The position numbers and the translations under genes were made by a program. Positions 20,941 through 31,089 of a stretch of 64,000 nucleotides of DNA are shown here, one piece after another. Each line of letters begins with the position of its first letter. Position 1 is the stretch's first letter. Location of the stretch: the NCBI GenBank assembly GCA_965217895.1, contig CBDCJV010000002.1:1472001-1536000 (forward strand), read 5' to 3'. Under the pieces are notes generated by a model that had not been told where the DNA came from, searched no databases, and was given only the letters and a program-made list of their open reading frames with translations. The DNA is from Waterburya sp. GTDB lineage: Bacteria > Cyanobacteriota > Cyanobacteriia > Cyanobacteriales > Xenococcaceae.

Positions 20941-21146
20941 TTGACATACTCACCGTCATAAATGATCGGTGATTCTTAAGTAGCAGGTAGCAAGTAGCAA
21001 GTAGCAATTAAGAAAATATCCCAATTGCTAATTGCTATCTGGAGACGCGCTTCGCGTCTCGCCTTGCCAAGGGCAAGTCGGCGGACTCCAGTCCGCGCTA
21101 CTTAATCGCACTCTTTGTGCGGGGCTTTAAACCCATTTATTACACG
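20941..21146 (-). mobile_element. Non-autonomous IS200/IS605 (IS608-type) miniature element containing a nested insertion
   Basis: Minus strand: TTAC target, then left end with AAAG guide and hairpin CGCAC-AAAGA-GTGCG; right end GAAT + hairpin + TCAA; no tnpA or tnpB. Confidence 0.75.
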
Positions 21147-21236
21147 GTAAAATAGCTCCATTTCCCTAATTTTCTAGCACTGTCTAGCATCTTTCAATCG
21201 AATTATATTTACTGTAATAAAGGGGATCGTAAAAGC

Positions 21237-21360
21237 TGGTGTTGGTAAATCTAATGTAGGATTTTTAAAATTATAGGCTGTTAATTGAATTAAAAGAGCT
21301 AATAGCTAATAGCTACGAGCAGACATACTTTGTGCTTCATACATCAAATTACCAACGCCT
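21237..21360. mobile_element. Second MITE-like copy (family of 13377-13508)
   Basis: Ends TGGTGTTGGTAAAT..ATGTA / TACAT..ATTACCAACGCCT; shares internal GCTAATAGCTAA..GCTACGA.CAG. Confidence 0.6.
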
Positions 21361-21378
21361 TAACGTTTAACAGATGAA

Positions 21379-21966
21379 TTATTTTTGGGCTTTAGGAGCA
21401 AACATATCAAAAGCTGCTTGATTTTTTTGCTTGTCGGCTGACCAAAACTTACTTAATTCAAATAATTCTTTGGTATTTATTTGTAAATCTTCTGTAGGAA
21501 AGTTATACATAGCTTCAATCACTGTCCAACCATCGGATTGATTGGGGTTATCTGCTGCTTCAATTAAAGAAGAACGAATCGCATAAAAACCATTTCCTTG
21601 AGGATGGGTTTTGATTGCTGTACCGAGTTCTTGCAAAAACTTTTCGCCTTCAGGAGTATTGGTAAACTGATACATTTCAACGCGATCGCTCTCGAAACGA
21701 TTGCTCAACCAGTATTTTAGCTGAATTAAATCCTCTTTCTTTAAAAACTTAGAATACATACGAAGCTCTTTGGTCATTTCTCCTGTAGTGGCATATTTTT
21801 CTAAAGATGCTACGGATATTTTGCCGTTAAAAGGACCATAAATAAGTTTTACTTTTTCAGCACTAAATGCAGGTTGTACTATTAATATAAGACCTGATAA
21901 GCTTAAGCTAATACTAATTAGTTTATGAGAAATATATGAATGATTAATTAAGTACTTTAATTGCAT
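21379..21966 (-). CDS. DUF1400-type (alpha/beta hydrolase-associated) secreted protein
   Basis: Signal peptide 'PAFSAEKV.L.YG', 'ISVASLEKYA.TG', 'NGFYAIRSSLI', 'FPTEDLQIN'. Confidence 0.75.
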   Translation of the reverse strand: MQLKYLINHSYISHKLISISLSLSGLILIVQPAFSAEKVKLIYGPFNGKISVASLEKYATTGEMTKELRMYSKFLKKEDLIQLKYWLSNRFESDRVEMYQFTNTPEGEKFLQELGTAIKTHPQGNGFYAIRSSLIEAADNPNQSDGWTVIEAMYNFPTEDLQINTKELFELSKFWSADKQKNQAAFDMFAPKAQK

Positions 21967-22243
21967 CTTTATTTTTTGAAAGTGTTAATTTTCGTTGATC
22001 ATAAACAGTTAAAACCAGATGTTTTTGGCTGTTTGCTAGTCCTTTTATAACAGTTTTTATTTCAATTAACGATAGTTGAAACTACCTTTTATAAAATCTT
22101 TGCGTATACTTTGTAGGTAAATATTTGTACTTTATAAAACAGTAACTATTAAAGGCGGGTGTAAATAAATACTTGACAATTGTTTAATTTGTTAAACCCT
22201 GGAAACTTCTATAATCTGGATAGACCTAATTTCAAGAAGCACT

Positions 22244-22948
22244 ATGAACCAATCCAATGAGTCCCTGCGTACCCTGGCTGTAGATATCGGTGGTAGCGGA
22301 ATTAAAGTGATGGTATTGGACACAAAAGGTAATCCCCTAAGCGATCGCCAACGCCTAAAAACACCTAATCCAGCTAAACCCAAAGATGTAATCGATACAA
22401 TCCTGACTTTGGCAAAAGAGCAAGAATTTGACCGTGTTTCGGTGGGTTTTCCTGGAGTTGTGCAGAATGGTTTGATTAAAACTGCCGTTAACCTAGACGA
22501 TGACTGGCTACAGTATGATTTGGCTACCAGCTTGACTCAATTACTGTCTAAGCCCGTCAAAGTAGCTAATGACGCGGATATTCAAGGGTTTGGGGCAATT
22601 TCAGGTCAGGGTGTAGAGCTAGTCATTACCGTGGGAACAGGATTTGGTTCGGCTTTGTTTATTAATGGCAGACTAGTGCCGAATTTAGAAATGGGACATC
22701 ACCCTTTTCGCAAAGGAGAAACCTACGAAGAACAGTTGGGTAGAGCAGCTTTGGACAAACAAGGCACAAAGAAATGGAATAATCGTTTAGAAAAAGCGAT
22801 CGCCCATTTAGATCATCTTTTCAATTACGACACTCTCTATATTGGTGGAGGAGAAACAGACAACATCAAGTTTGATTTACCAACCAATGCCAAAATTATC
22901 CCTAATGTATCTGGATTACTTGGAGGTATTAAACTCTGGACAGGTTGA
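22244..22948 (+). CDS. ROK family kinase, probably polyphosphate glucokinase
   Basis: DIGGSGIK, VGFPG, NDAD, GTGFGSA, 'PNLEMGH'. Confidence 0.85.
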   Translation: MNQSNESLRTLAVDIGGSGIKVMVLDTKGNPLSDRQRLKTPNPAKPKDVIDTILTLAKEQEFDRVSVGFPGVVQNGLIKTAVNLDDDWLQYDLATSLTQLLSKPVKVANDADIQGFGAISGQGVELVITVGTGFGSALFINGRLVPNLEMGHHPFRKGETYEEQLGRAALDKQGTKKWNNRLEKAIAHLDHLFNYDTLYIGGGETDNIKFDLPTNAKIIPNVSGLLGGIKLWTG

Positions 22949-22965
22949 TAATTACTAATTTTTTT

Positions 22966-23200
22966 GGTGGGCAATAAAAGTTTATTATGTATAGCAAGCA
23001 ATACGTACTTATATTAGGACACCTGCTACTTGCGAGACAAAACCGTTGCGGGGGTTTCCCCCGTTGAGGTACCTGCGGGGAGTACCCCTTGGTTGTCGAG
23101 GGTGTTACTTGTTACTTACAAGCAGTTCATTTTTCTGTCCTAACCAGTCAACATACTGCGATATATATAGCGCACAAAATTTTTGTTATTGCTCACCTAC
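22966..23200. repeat. Nested composite of small dispersed repeats between convergent genes
   Basis: Outer GGTGGGCAATA/TATTGCTCACC; middle TATAGCA..TTAGGACA/TGTCCTAA..TGCGATATA; core 23030-23070 identical to the reverse complement of 40240-40280. Confidence 0.75.
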
Positions 23201-23210
23201 TGATCATTGA

Positions 23211-24836
23211 TCATTGATTACTACTCCAATTGATAGGTAAGGTTGTATCATCGACACCATCATTGCCATTGAGATGAACTTTTGTTTCTCGATCTAATAC
23301 TGCTTCGACGCGATCGTATATTTCCTGAGCTTCTTCTAGTGAATTGCCGATACTTGTTAAGCCGAGTTTGCCATATTCAGATAATGCGCCCATAAGATGA
23401 AACACTGTCCCAGTGAGACTACTGCTATCAAAATGAAGTCTTTTTTGAGCAATAATATCCATTAAGTCGTCGGGTAATAATCCTTTGTACTGCTCTTTTT
23501 GGAGGTTATCCGTGGCAATATAATATTTTGCTTGATTTTGCTGGCTTAAGAATTTTCCTGTATCGTAGTTAAAAGTACCGTTGGTTAATAATCTGAGAGT
23601 CATAAAAGGATGGGTTGTACCGCCTTTGCGTAGATTAATTTCGATCGCCTCAATATCCCATTTTTTTGTTTCAGGGTGCTGTACGGCAATAAAATCTACA
23701 CCATAACGCTCTATCGCTCCCTTTGCTGCCAAAGCTTCTCCCACCTTTAAGCCTAGCTCTTGTAATTCACAACGATAGTCGGCATCAGCAGGAAAATAAC
23801 ACCCTTCATATACCTGTCCATGCTCACCGCCCAAAATCTGATCGTGGGTAGAGACAATTTCTACTTCTCCCGATGGTCTAATGTAACCTTGAACACTAGG
23901 CGATCGCTTTATTTCTCCTTCGACAAAAGCCTCGACAATTGCGCCTAATTCAGGAATACGTGCCGAAAAAGTCTCCCAGGTTTCTCCTACACCCTGAAAT
24001 TTCATACTGGCTAAGTGTTTAGTTAAAACATTAATAGTTTCATGGCGATCGCCTTTGTCAGGAGCGTAATCTTGAATTGGTCTAAGATCTAGTAAAGCAT
24101 TACCCTCTCCTGAAAAACCTTCGTTTAGCTTGACTACAATTCGTTTTAAGTCTGGTTGTCTTTGCCACAAACCAAATAGTTCTTCAACCAAATCTGCTAC
24201 ATTTGTGACAGTGTAGCTACCGTCTGGATGGGGAATACCCGCTTCGGCAAAGATTTGACGGCTGCCGTTTTTTGAACCCCAGCTAAGTACCTCTGGAGAA
24301 GCTGCCAGCAGGGGAATGCCTAACTTTAAAGATAGTTGCTGTTCTAAATCCGTAGAATTGTAGCAAACCATGTAAGATTTATGTGGACGTAAGGCACGCC
24401 GTATTTTGGCTACTAGGCGAGGACGCTCTAAAATCTTCTGGGTTAGGGGTTTAAGCGAACCATCATAGGTACTAATTAATAACAGGCGATCGCGAGCATG
24501 GGAAAATGGTATTCCTGGTAGTAGCTGTAGATAATAGTCAATGACTATGGGACACAAGGGCAATGCTGTAATATAAATTACCCGTGTTAAAGGATTGCGT
24601 AAGCGAATCAGGGAAAACAGCAGTCTTTCTTCGTAGTGCAAAAACCCTGCCACCTTATCCCCAACCTGCTGATCGACACTAAAAGACGGAATAACCAGAA
24701 TATCGTAGTCATCCTGATCGAAAATATCTACACTTTGCCAAAGTTCACCCTCTACATGAGATTTTGTCCATTCTCGTAGCTGATTTTGTAGCCTTCTAAA
24801 CTTCTCGGCTGATTCAGGTTGAGATGTTTCTACCAT
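23211..24836 (-). CDS. ATP-grasp ligase, PGM1/BesA-related
   Basis: 'VVKLNEGFSGEGNA', 'SPSVQG', 'STHDQILGG', 'IEINLRKGGTTHP'. Confidence 0.8.
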   Translation of the reverse strand: MVETSQPESAEKFRRLQNQLREWTKSHVEGELWQSVDIFDQDDYDILVIPSFSVDQQVGDKVAGFLHYEERLLFSLIRLRNPLTRVIYITALPLCPIVIDYYLQLLPGIPFSHARDRLLLISTYDGSLKPLTQKILERPRLVAKIRRALRPHKSYMVCYNSTDLEQQLSLKLGIPLLAASPEVLSWGSKNGSRQIFAEAGIPHPDGSYTVTNVADLVEELFGLWQRQPDLKRIVVKLNEGFSGEGNALLDLRPIQDYAPDKGDRHETINVLTKHLASMKFQGVGETWETFSARIPELGAIVEAFVEGEIKRSPSVQGYIRPSGEVEIVSTHDQILGGEHGQVYEGCYFPADADYRCELQELGLKVGEALAAKGAIERYGVDFIAVQHPETKKWDIEAIEINLRKGGTTHPFMTLRLLTNGTFNYDTGKFLSQQNQAKYYIATDNLQKEQYKGLLPDDLMDIIAQKRLHFDSSSLTGTVFHLMGALSEYGKLGLTSIGNSLEEAQEIYDRVEAVLDRETKVHLNGNDGVDDTTLPINWSSNQ

Positions 24837-24967
24837 ATTTACTGGAAGTAATTGTACCTTCGGAAAAAAACTCTAAGGATTATAGTAGCAAGCTAAGAAT
24901 ATTAATTTTTAATCTGTTTTTAAGAATTAACAACTCCTAGATCCTGGTTTTAATTTAATTACCTGAC

Positions 24968-25744
24968 TTACTCTATTTTGCTTATTAGCACATCGTCATA
25001 AAAAATAGAACGAAATTTCGTTATCGACTTTTCTGGATCGTGTTTCCAATCAGGTTTATATATTCCTATTTTGAAATATGTTCCTTTTTTGTCATTATAG
25101 GTATTTGCGCCTAATTTCTTAAATACTAGATGCTCATTTTTCCACATCTCAATCAAACCATCCGCTCGATCAGACCATTTAACGTGAAAGACCCAATCAA
25201 TCCATTCTCCTGTAGGATATTTACCTAAATTGACAATCTCACTTTCTCTTTGACTATTTTCTGTAACTGGATTTATATCCCAGCTTCTGGCTAATTTAAA
25301 ATTGCCGTTTTGGGTTAGCAAAGCTAAAGGAGGAGAACGCCACGTCTCTTTAAGATCGAAATCTGGCAAACCATGCCATTGTGCAAGAATTTCAAAAGAT
25401 GAATCAAATTGATATGTTTTTGGCAAAAAGAAACTGAACCCGTAGATATATTCTGAATTACGAGGTACCGATTTTAAAGCTATCTCTGACCTTTTCCCCA
25501 AATTTAGATTTGGATCATCTTTCTTGAGTATAAATTTGATCGAAGTATTGCCTTTTCTGGTTTGCTTTCTAGGAGTTGTCACAAAAGCGATCGAATGTTG
25601 ACAGCAAAATTCCTTGTTCCATTTTTGTATTTTTTTTGACTCAAAATCATCTTGGAAAACGACAGTTTCTCGAATAGACAAAGCTGGAGTTGAAACAAAA
25701 ATTATCAATAAAGTAGTGAGTATAAATAGACACTTTTTAACCAT
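24968..25744 (-). CDS. Secreted polysaccharide lyase (heparin lyase I-like beta-jelly-roll family)
   Basis: Signal peptide from ATG 25744; 'KRSEI', 'YGFSFFLP', 'ILAQWH', 'W.D.VFHVKWS..ADG.IEMWKN', 'YFKIGIYK'. Confidence 0.8.
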   Translation of the reverse strand: MVKKCLFILTTLLIIFVSTPALSIRETVVFQDDFESKKIQKWNKEFCCQHSIAFVTTPRKQTRKGNTSIKFILKKDDPNLNLGKRSEIALKSVPRNSEYIYGFSFFLPKTYQFDSSFEILAQWHGLPDFDLKETWRSPPLALLTQNGNFKLARSWDINPVTENSQRESEIVNLGKYPTGEWIDWVFHVKWSDRADGLIEMWKNEHLVFKKLGANTYNDKKGTYFKIGIYKPDWKHDPEKSITKFRSIFYDDVLISKIE

Positions 25745-26011
25745 GTTTAAAAGAGTTTGACAACAGAATATACCTAACTTGTAATCATACAATCTAATAA
25801 TTTTGCTTGACACGGATCATGATAGCTCTTGTGAAAAGCTTGCTAAAATCGCCTATATTAGTAGCTTTTAAGATTTTCTTTAGTTTTTTATTTGCTTATT
25901 ATTCGTTATTTTTCTAAACGAGAATTTTTCCTTTATGTTCTAATATCGGTGCAATTACTGAAATATTGGAACAATATTTCAGTAATTGCAAAGCTTGGTG
26001 AACTTAATCTC

Positions 26012-27292
26012 ATGGTATTTACGAATGCAATTTCAACTCCGATCAAGGTAATTAAGCAGATATCTACCAAAATTAAACATGACAACAATCAAGGTTCTCA
26101 AAAGAGAATATTAATTATTGTCGAAAATTTAGCTTTGCCCTTTGATCGTCGAGTTTGGATGGAAGCAACAACTTTACAGCAGGCTGGATATGAGGTTATA
26201 GCTATTTGCCCTCAAGGAAATGGCTTTGATTTAAAATATGAGGTGATCGAAAATATACATATTTATCGCCATCCACTTCCGCTTGAGGAAAGTTCGGTAA
26301 TGGGCTATTTGAAAGAATATAGCTGGGCAGTTTTTTGGCAGTTTAAATTAGCTAGAAAAATATGGAATGAAAAAAGATTTGATATTGTTCATCTGTGCAA
26401 CCCACCTGATTTGCTGTTCCTGACTGCTTTTTGGTTCAAAGCTTTTCATGGCGTGAAGGTTATCTTCGATCATCATGATCTAAGTCCTGAAATGTATATA
26501 GCAAAATACAAGCGTAAGGATATTTTTTACTACGGTTTACAGGTTGCAGAACGTTTAACCTATTTAACAGCAGACTTGGCAATATCCACCAACAAATCTC
26601 ATCAAAACATAGCCTTGACTAGGGGAGGGAAAAAAGAAGAGGAAGTATTTATAGTTCGTAGTGCGCCAGATTTATCCCGTTTTCATCCTGTTCCTGCAAA
26701 ATCAGAATATCGTCAGGGGAGACAAAAATTAGTTGGCTATATGGGAGTCATGGGTGAGCCTGAAGGAATAGATTGTCTTTTAAGAATGATTAAATATATC
26801 ACTCAAGAACAAAAGCGGAACGACATTCACTTTATGTTAATTGGGAGTGGTCCAGCGATTGCAAGTTTAAAAGATCTCTCTCAAGAATTGAAGATTACAA
26901 AATTTGTCGAGTTTACAGGGTTTAAAAGAGGACACGAACTATTAGAAAGACTCTCAAGCTGTGATATTTGCGTCGAGCCTTCTCCTCTATCTGAATACAA
27001 CCAAAACTGTAGTATGAACAAAATTTTAGAATATATGGCACTTGGGAAACCAATTGTTCAATTCGATCTAAGAGAAGGAAGACATTCTGCTCAAGGAGCA
27101 TCTTTATATGCCCAACCTAATGACGAGAAAGAGTTTGCCCATAAAATGCTCGAACTACTCGATTCCCCTGAACTGCAAGCAAAAATTGGCTTAGAAGGAC
27201 AACGCAGAATGAAAGATATTTTTGGCTGGCGACATCAAGCTCCTAAGCTCTTAAATGTCTACGATGCCATCAGCGTAATTTGCAATCAATAA
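26012..27292 (+). CDS. Glycosyltransferase family 4
   Basis: 'IIVENLALPFDRRVWMEA', 'HLCNPPD', 'NKILEYMALGKPIV'; ATG 26012 preferred over the upstream TTG. Confidence 0.9.
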   Translation: MVFTNAISTPIKVIKQISTKIKHDNNQGSQKRILIIVENLALPFDRRVWMEATTLQQAGYEVIAICPQGNGFDLKYEVIENIHIYRHPLPLEESSVMGYLKEYSWAVFWQFKLARKIWNEKRFDIVHLCNPPDLLFLTAFWFKAFHGVKVIFDHHDLSPEMYIAKYKRKDIFYYGLQVAERLTYLTADLAISTNKSHQNIALTRGGKKEEEVFIVRSAPDLSRFHPVPAKSEYRQGRQKLVGYMGVMGEPEGIDCLLRMIKYITQEQKRNDIHFMLIGSGPAIASLKDLSQELKITKFVEFTGFKRGHELLERLSSCDICVEPSPLSEYNQNCSMNKILEYMALGKPIVQFDLREGRHSAQGASLYAQPNDEKEFAHKMLELLDSPELQAKIGLEGQRRMKDIFGWRHQAPKLLNVYDAISVICNQ

Positions 27293-27637
27293 GCTAGCTA
27301 AATGTTTTTTAAAATGCAGTTGAGAAAAAAAGACAATTCACAAAAATCATTTAATTTTCTTCTAAAGAAATTTTTAAATTTTCTTCTCAATCCTAATTAT
27401 TTTTTGCTTCGCAATCTAATTATAGTCTGTAGCGATCGCTTGACGCTTTTCAAGTTTATTTCTTTTCCTCGTCACTGCCTTTCACCCTTAAAGAGAAAAG
27501 TATTGTTAGTTGATAATTATCAAGACTTGTTAGTCACTAAATCCTAGATTTTAAGATATTAATGCAAACAGCTATAGTTTAAAGTCAGTAGCAAAGGCGC
27601 ATATTAATTATAAAATTAGCAAAATATATGATTAAAA

Positions 27638-29686
27638 ATGATGAATAATAAATTTATACTGACCGCAGCAAGGCATTGGAAGTTGCTGACTTTATTTAAT
27701 CTTCTATTATTAGCAGCAACCATTTATATTGTCTTATTTAGCAAAAAAACCTGGACTTCTAATGCCAAGCTCATATTACCAAAACCAACTAGTGCTTTAA
27801 ATGCTAATCTTGGAACTTTAGGAAATATAAGTAGTGGAGATGGAGCCGTCTTTTCTCAACAGCTTAACTCTCTAAAAATTCTATCTTCAATTATTACTAG
27901 TAAAGATGCTTTGCGAGAAGTATGGCTACAAGATGAAGAGCGAGATTTATATCCTCGTTTGGAAAACTACGCCACATTGTTTACCGTTATTCCCGAAAAC
28001 GAATCTACCATTATCGATCTATCAATCGATGGTTCAAGTCCAGAGCTAGCTAAAAAACGCACAGAGGTCTTGCTGACAACTTTGCAAAAACGATTAGGGC
28101 AATTGCGCTCATCAGATGTTACTCAAAGAGCAGAATTTTTGGGATCGGAAATAAAAACTGCCCAGCAAAATTTACACTCAGCAGAAGTTGCTCTAAATGA
28201 CTACAAAAGTTTAGCTAATCTAATGGATAATGATCTTCAAGCTCAAGAAATTTTGTCCTCAGTCAAATCTTTGAGTACCGAAAAGTCCCAGGTAATGGCT
28301 CAGATTAAGGCAAGTGAAGAAAAAGCCAGCGAGTTATCTGCCCGCTTAAACATGACTCCTGAAGAGGGTGTAAACTCTTTGCGTTTGGGAGAAAATCCTG
28401 AGTATTTATCATTGCAACAGTCTTTATCTAATGTTGAAGCTAGATTAGCTGCTTCTCGCGCTCAGTTTTTTGAAGATTCCCCTCAAATTAAAAATTTGCT
28501 GGAGGAAAAAAATAAATTAGTTAAGCAATTAAAAAGCTATGGTGAACAATCTTTTGAGCAAAGCTCCCAGCCAACTGCTAGCAAGAGTAACTCTTCTGGT
28601 CTAGTTCAAGAATTAATTTTAGCCGACAGTTCAGCCAAAGAATCTAAGCAAAAAGCTCAACAGCTACAGCTAGAGATAGATAAAATGAATCAGGAGCTAA
28701 AATTGATGCCAGGGAAACAAAAAAAACTAGTCGAACTAAAACGCCGCTACAACACCGCCGAAGGTGTTTATAACGGGCTAGTAGCTCAAGTGCAAGAAAG
28801 TAAGCTCAATGGATTGAGTTCCTATCCCAACGCGCAGTTGCTTGATGCTCCAGATGTTGACCCCAAACCTACCAAACCCAAAAAATCATTAGTAGCTTTA
28901 GGTTATTTACTTACATCTATCCTGGGTAGCTCGGCAATTATTTTATTCTTAGATCAACGTCAATCTTTACTAGATCCCAAAGATATCGAAGACATTGATT
29001 TGCCTATTTTGGCTACTCTTCCCGAACTCAAAAATCCCCAACAGGATATTAGACTTGATGAAAGAGTTGTCATGGAGTTCCAGAGATTAGCTTTGGCGGT
29101 TAGCATGATGGATTTAGAACGTAACCGTTTAATGATTACTAGCACCTGCGCCGACGAAGGTAAAACCACCGTGACTATGGGTTTGGCTCATGCTCTAGCG
29201 GATTTGGGATTTCGGATTTTAATGGTTGATGGAGATTATCGTCAAGCCAATTTGAGTAGCTCATTAGGTTATTCGCAGCAGCAGATGTCAACTTTAACTA
29301 CGTTACAGCCGACGGCAATTGTTGAGAGAATTGACCTCTTGCCAACTATTTCTCAACCCAACAACATTGCTGAGTTTATTACTCGCGGGGGTTTTGAACA
29401 GGAGTTAAATATAATTCAGCAGCAAGAAAATTATGATTATATATTAATAGATAGTCCCCCTGTAGGCTTAACCAGCGAAGCTGTAATGATGGCAAGAATT
29501 ATTGGTGATTTGCTGTATGTAGTTAGACCAGGGCTAACTGACAGCAACGATTTTTTCCGCTGCATCAATCAAATTAATAATCATGAAGGAAATATCACTG
29601 GTTTAGTAGTTAACGGCATTAATAGTAAAAATTCTTATCTAAGCCACCAGAAAAAGATTTATCTACCGCAATCAATTGAACAATAG
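27638..29686 (+). CDS. Wzc/GumC polysaccharide co-polymerase with BY-kinase domain
   Basis: Two TMs flanking a coiled-coil periplasmic region; 'TSTCADEGKTT', 'VDGDYR', 'ILIDSPP'. Confidence 0.9.
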   Translation: MMNNKFILTAARHWKLLTLFNLLLLAATIYIVLFSKKTWTSNAKLILPKPTSALNANLGTLGNISSGDGAVFSQQLNSLKILSSIITSKDALREVWLQDEERDLYPRLENYATLFTVIPENESTIIDLSIDGSSPELAKKRTEVLLTTLQKRLGQLRSSDVTQRAEFLGSEIKTAQQNLHSAEVALNDYKSLANLMDNDLQAQEILSSVKSLSTEKSQVMAQIKASEEKASELSARLNMTPEEGVNSLRLGENPEYLSLQQSLSNVEARLAASRAQFFEDSPQIKNLLEEKNKLVKQLKSYGEQSFEQSSQPTASKSNSSGLVQELILADSSAKESKQKAQQLQLEIDKMNQELKLMPGKQKKLVELKRRYNTAEGVYNGLVAQVQESKLNGLSSYPNAQLLDAPDVDPKPTKPKKSLVALGYLLTSILGSSAIILFLDQRQSLLDPKDIEDIDLPILATLPELKNPQQDIRLDERVVMEFQRLALAVSMMDLERNRLMITSTCADEGKTTVTMGLAHALADLGFRILMVDGDYRQANLSSSLGYSQQQMSTLTTLQPTAIVERIDLLPTISQPNNIAEFITRGGFEQELNIIQQQENYDYILIDSPPVGLTSEAVMMARIIGDLLYVVRPGLTDSNDFFRCINQINNHEGNITGLVVNGINSKNSYLSHQKKIYLPQSIEQ

Positions 29687-29703
29687 TTAAATGCGTAATC
29701 TGG

Positions 29704-31089
29704 ATGAAGAATAGATTTATTACAGTAAGCGATCGCCATAATTTTAATCAAGATGTGGCTCAAAAGCTATTTTCTGGTCTAAAACTGCGATTTTCGGCTT
29801 TAAGCCGTATTGAAACAATAGTTTGTTGGTTAATTATTCTAACTCCGCTGTGGTGGCTGTGGGGATGGAGCTACTTGTTTATTGTTTTGACCCTGGCTAC
29901 TTTTGCTTATGAAATCAAACAATCAGGTAGCTTATCTCTAGATACTCCAAGCTGGGTTGTGGTTTGGGCGTTATGCTTTGGCTGTTACAGCATCATCGCT
30001 GGCTATGCTTACTTAAAGTCCAACAATATAATCTTTAGTCCCAGACAAATGTTGGGCGTTGTCGATTCCTGGTTGACTTTCGCCTTGTTAACGTGGTATA
30101 TCCAGAGCAAAAAGCTAAAAATTCGTCTTCAGGTAGTAGCCTGGTCATTTTCAGTTTTGGTAATTTTGATGCTAGGTGTTTTTCTAGTGTCTTTAGTGGT
30201 TTTTAAACAGGCAGACTATTTACCCTTACGCAGTTTGTTTGGTCTACTGACAGATAAGGGTACGGTGTTTGAACATGGTCTAGGCAACAGTAACTATCTA
30301 ATTCCCTACTTTGCTACCGATGAAAGTTTTATTCCTGGACTAGTCCGCTACGTCTTCTTTTTTCACGGTCCGGAGTCTTTGGCTTTAGTAGCTGGATTTA
30401 TTGCTCTATTAGCTCTCGATCTTAAAAATCGCCCCTGGTCTTTGACTTTATTTGCAGGAGCATATTTTATTTCTCTTTTAAGCGGGACTCGCTCTGTTTT
30501 GGTTAGTCTTGTCTTAGTTGTAGTCTTTCGCTATGTAATTACTGCTGGTAAAACCTTTGGCGTGGCTTTAATTTTGACTGTTATGGCAACGGTCAGTTTT
30601 GCGACTTTTTCCTTTCCTCCCACCAGCAATCTGCTGTTTGATTCCATCGAGCAAACGGCACAGGAAGTCAACGATACCAGAGCCGATTCATCCCAAGGAC
30701 GAGGTGAAATTTATGTTCAGACTTGGGAAAAAATTGTCAACGCTCCAGATCTCGAATTGCTGTTTGGTCATGTAGTGCCAGGAGAAAGCGTAACCCCAAA
30801 TTATGAACCAGCCAAGATAGGTACTCATAGCTTTTACTTATCCACTTTGCTGTATAGATCGGGAATAATTGGCACAATCATATTTTTAGTCTTTTGGGTA
30901 ACATTATTTTGGTGGTTTTATAGCACTCAAACCACTAGACCACTCTGTTGTTTGCTGGTTTTTATACTTTTCACCCTGACTTTTACCGTAATGGAGCTTG
31001 AAGGATCTGTGATGCCGATTATCTTGATTTGTTCGATGCTCGAAAAATCTCCTCAAAAAGCTCGGTCTTTCCATCAAAATTATGAATAA
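29704..31089 (+). CDS. Wzy polymerase / O-antigen ligase family protein
   Basis: About 10-11 TMs, 'LLSGTRS', 'GR.EIY', 'IGTHSFY..LLYRSGIIG'. Confidence 0.8.
   Translation: MKNRFITVSDRHNFNQDVAQKLFSGLKLRFSALSRIETIVCWLIILTPLWWLWGWSYLFIVLTLATFAYEIKQSGSLSLDTPSWVVVWALCFGCYSIIAGYAYLKSNNIIFSPRQMLGVVDSWLTFALLTWYIQSKKLKIRLQVVAWSFSVLVILMLGVFLVSLVVFKQADYLPLRSLFGLLTDKGTVFEHGLGNSNYLIPYFATDESFIPGLVRYVFFFHGPESLALVAGFIALLALDLKNRPWSLTLFAGAYFISLLSGTRSVLVSLVLVVVFRYVITAGKTFGVALILTVMATVSFATFSFPPTSNLLFDSIEQTAQEVNDTRADSSQGRGEIYVQTWEKIVNAPDLELLFGHVVPGESVTPNYEPAKIGTHSFYLSTLLYRSGIIGTIIFLVFWVTLFWWFYSTQTTRPLCCLLVFILFTLTFTVMELEGSVMPIILICSMLEKSPQKARSFHQNYE

Noticed and set aside
22117..22130. GTA-N8-TAC (NtcA-like box) between the DUF1400 and ROK genes
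   Set aside because: No properly spaced TAN3T -10 element; such matches arise by chance in AT-rich DNA.
27302..27547. 81-aa ORF inside the EPS cluster
   Set aside because: Low-complexity F/L/K translation of an AT-rich spacer, probably the wzc promoter region.
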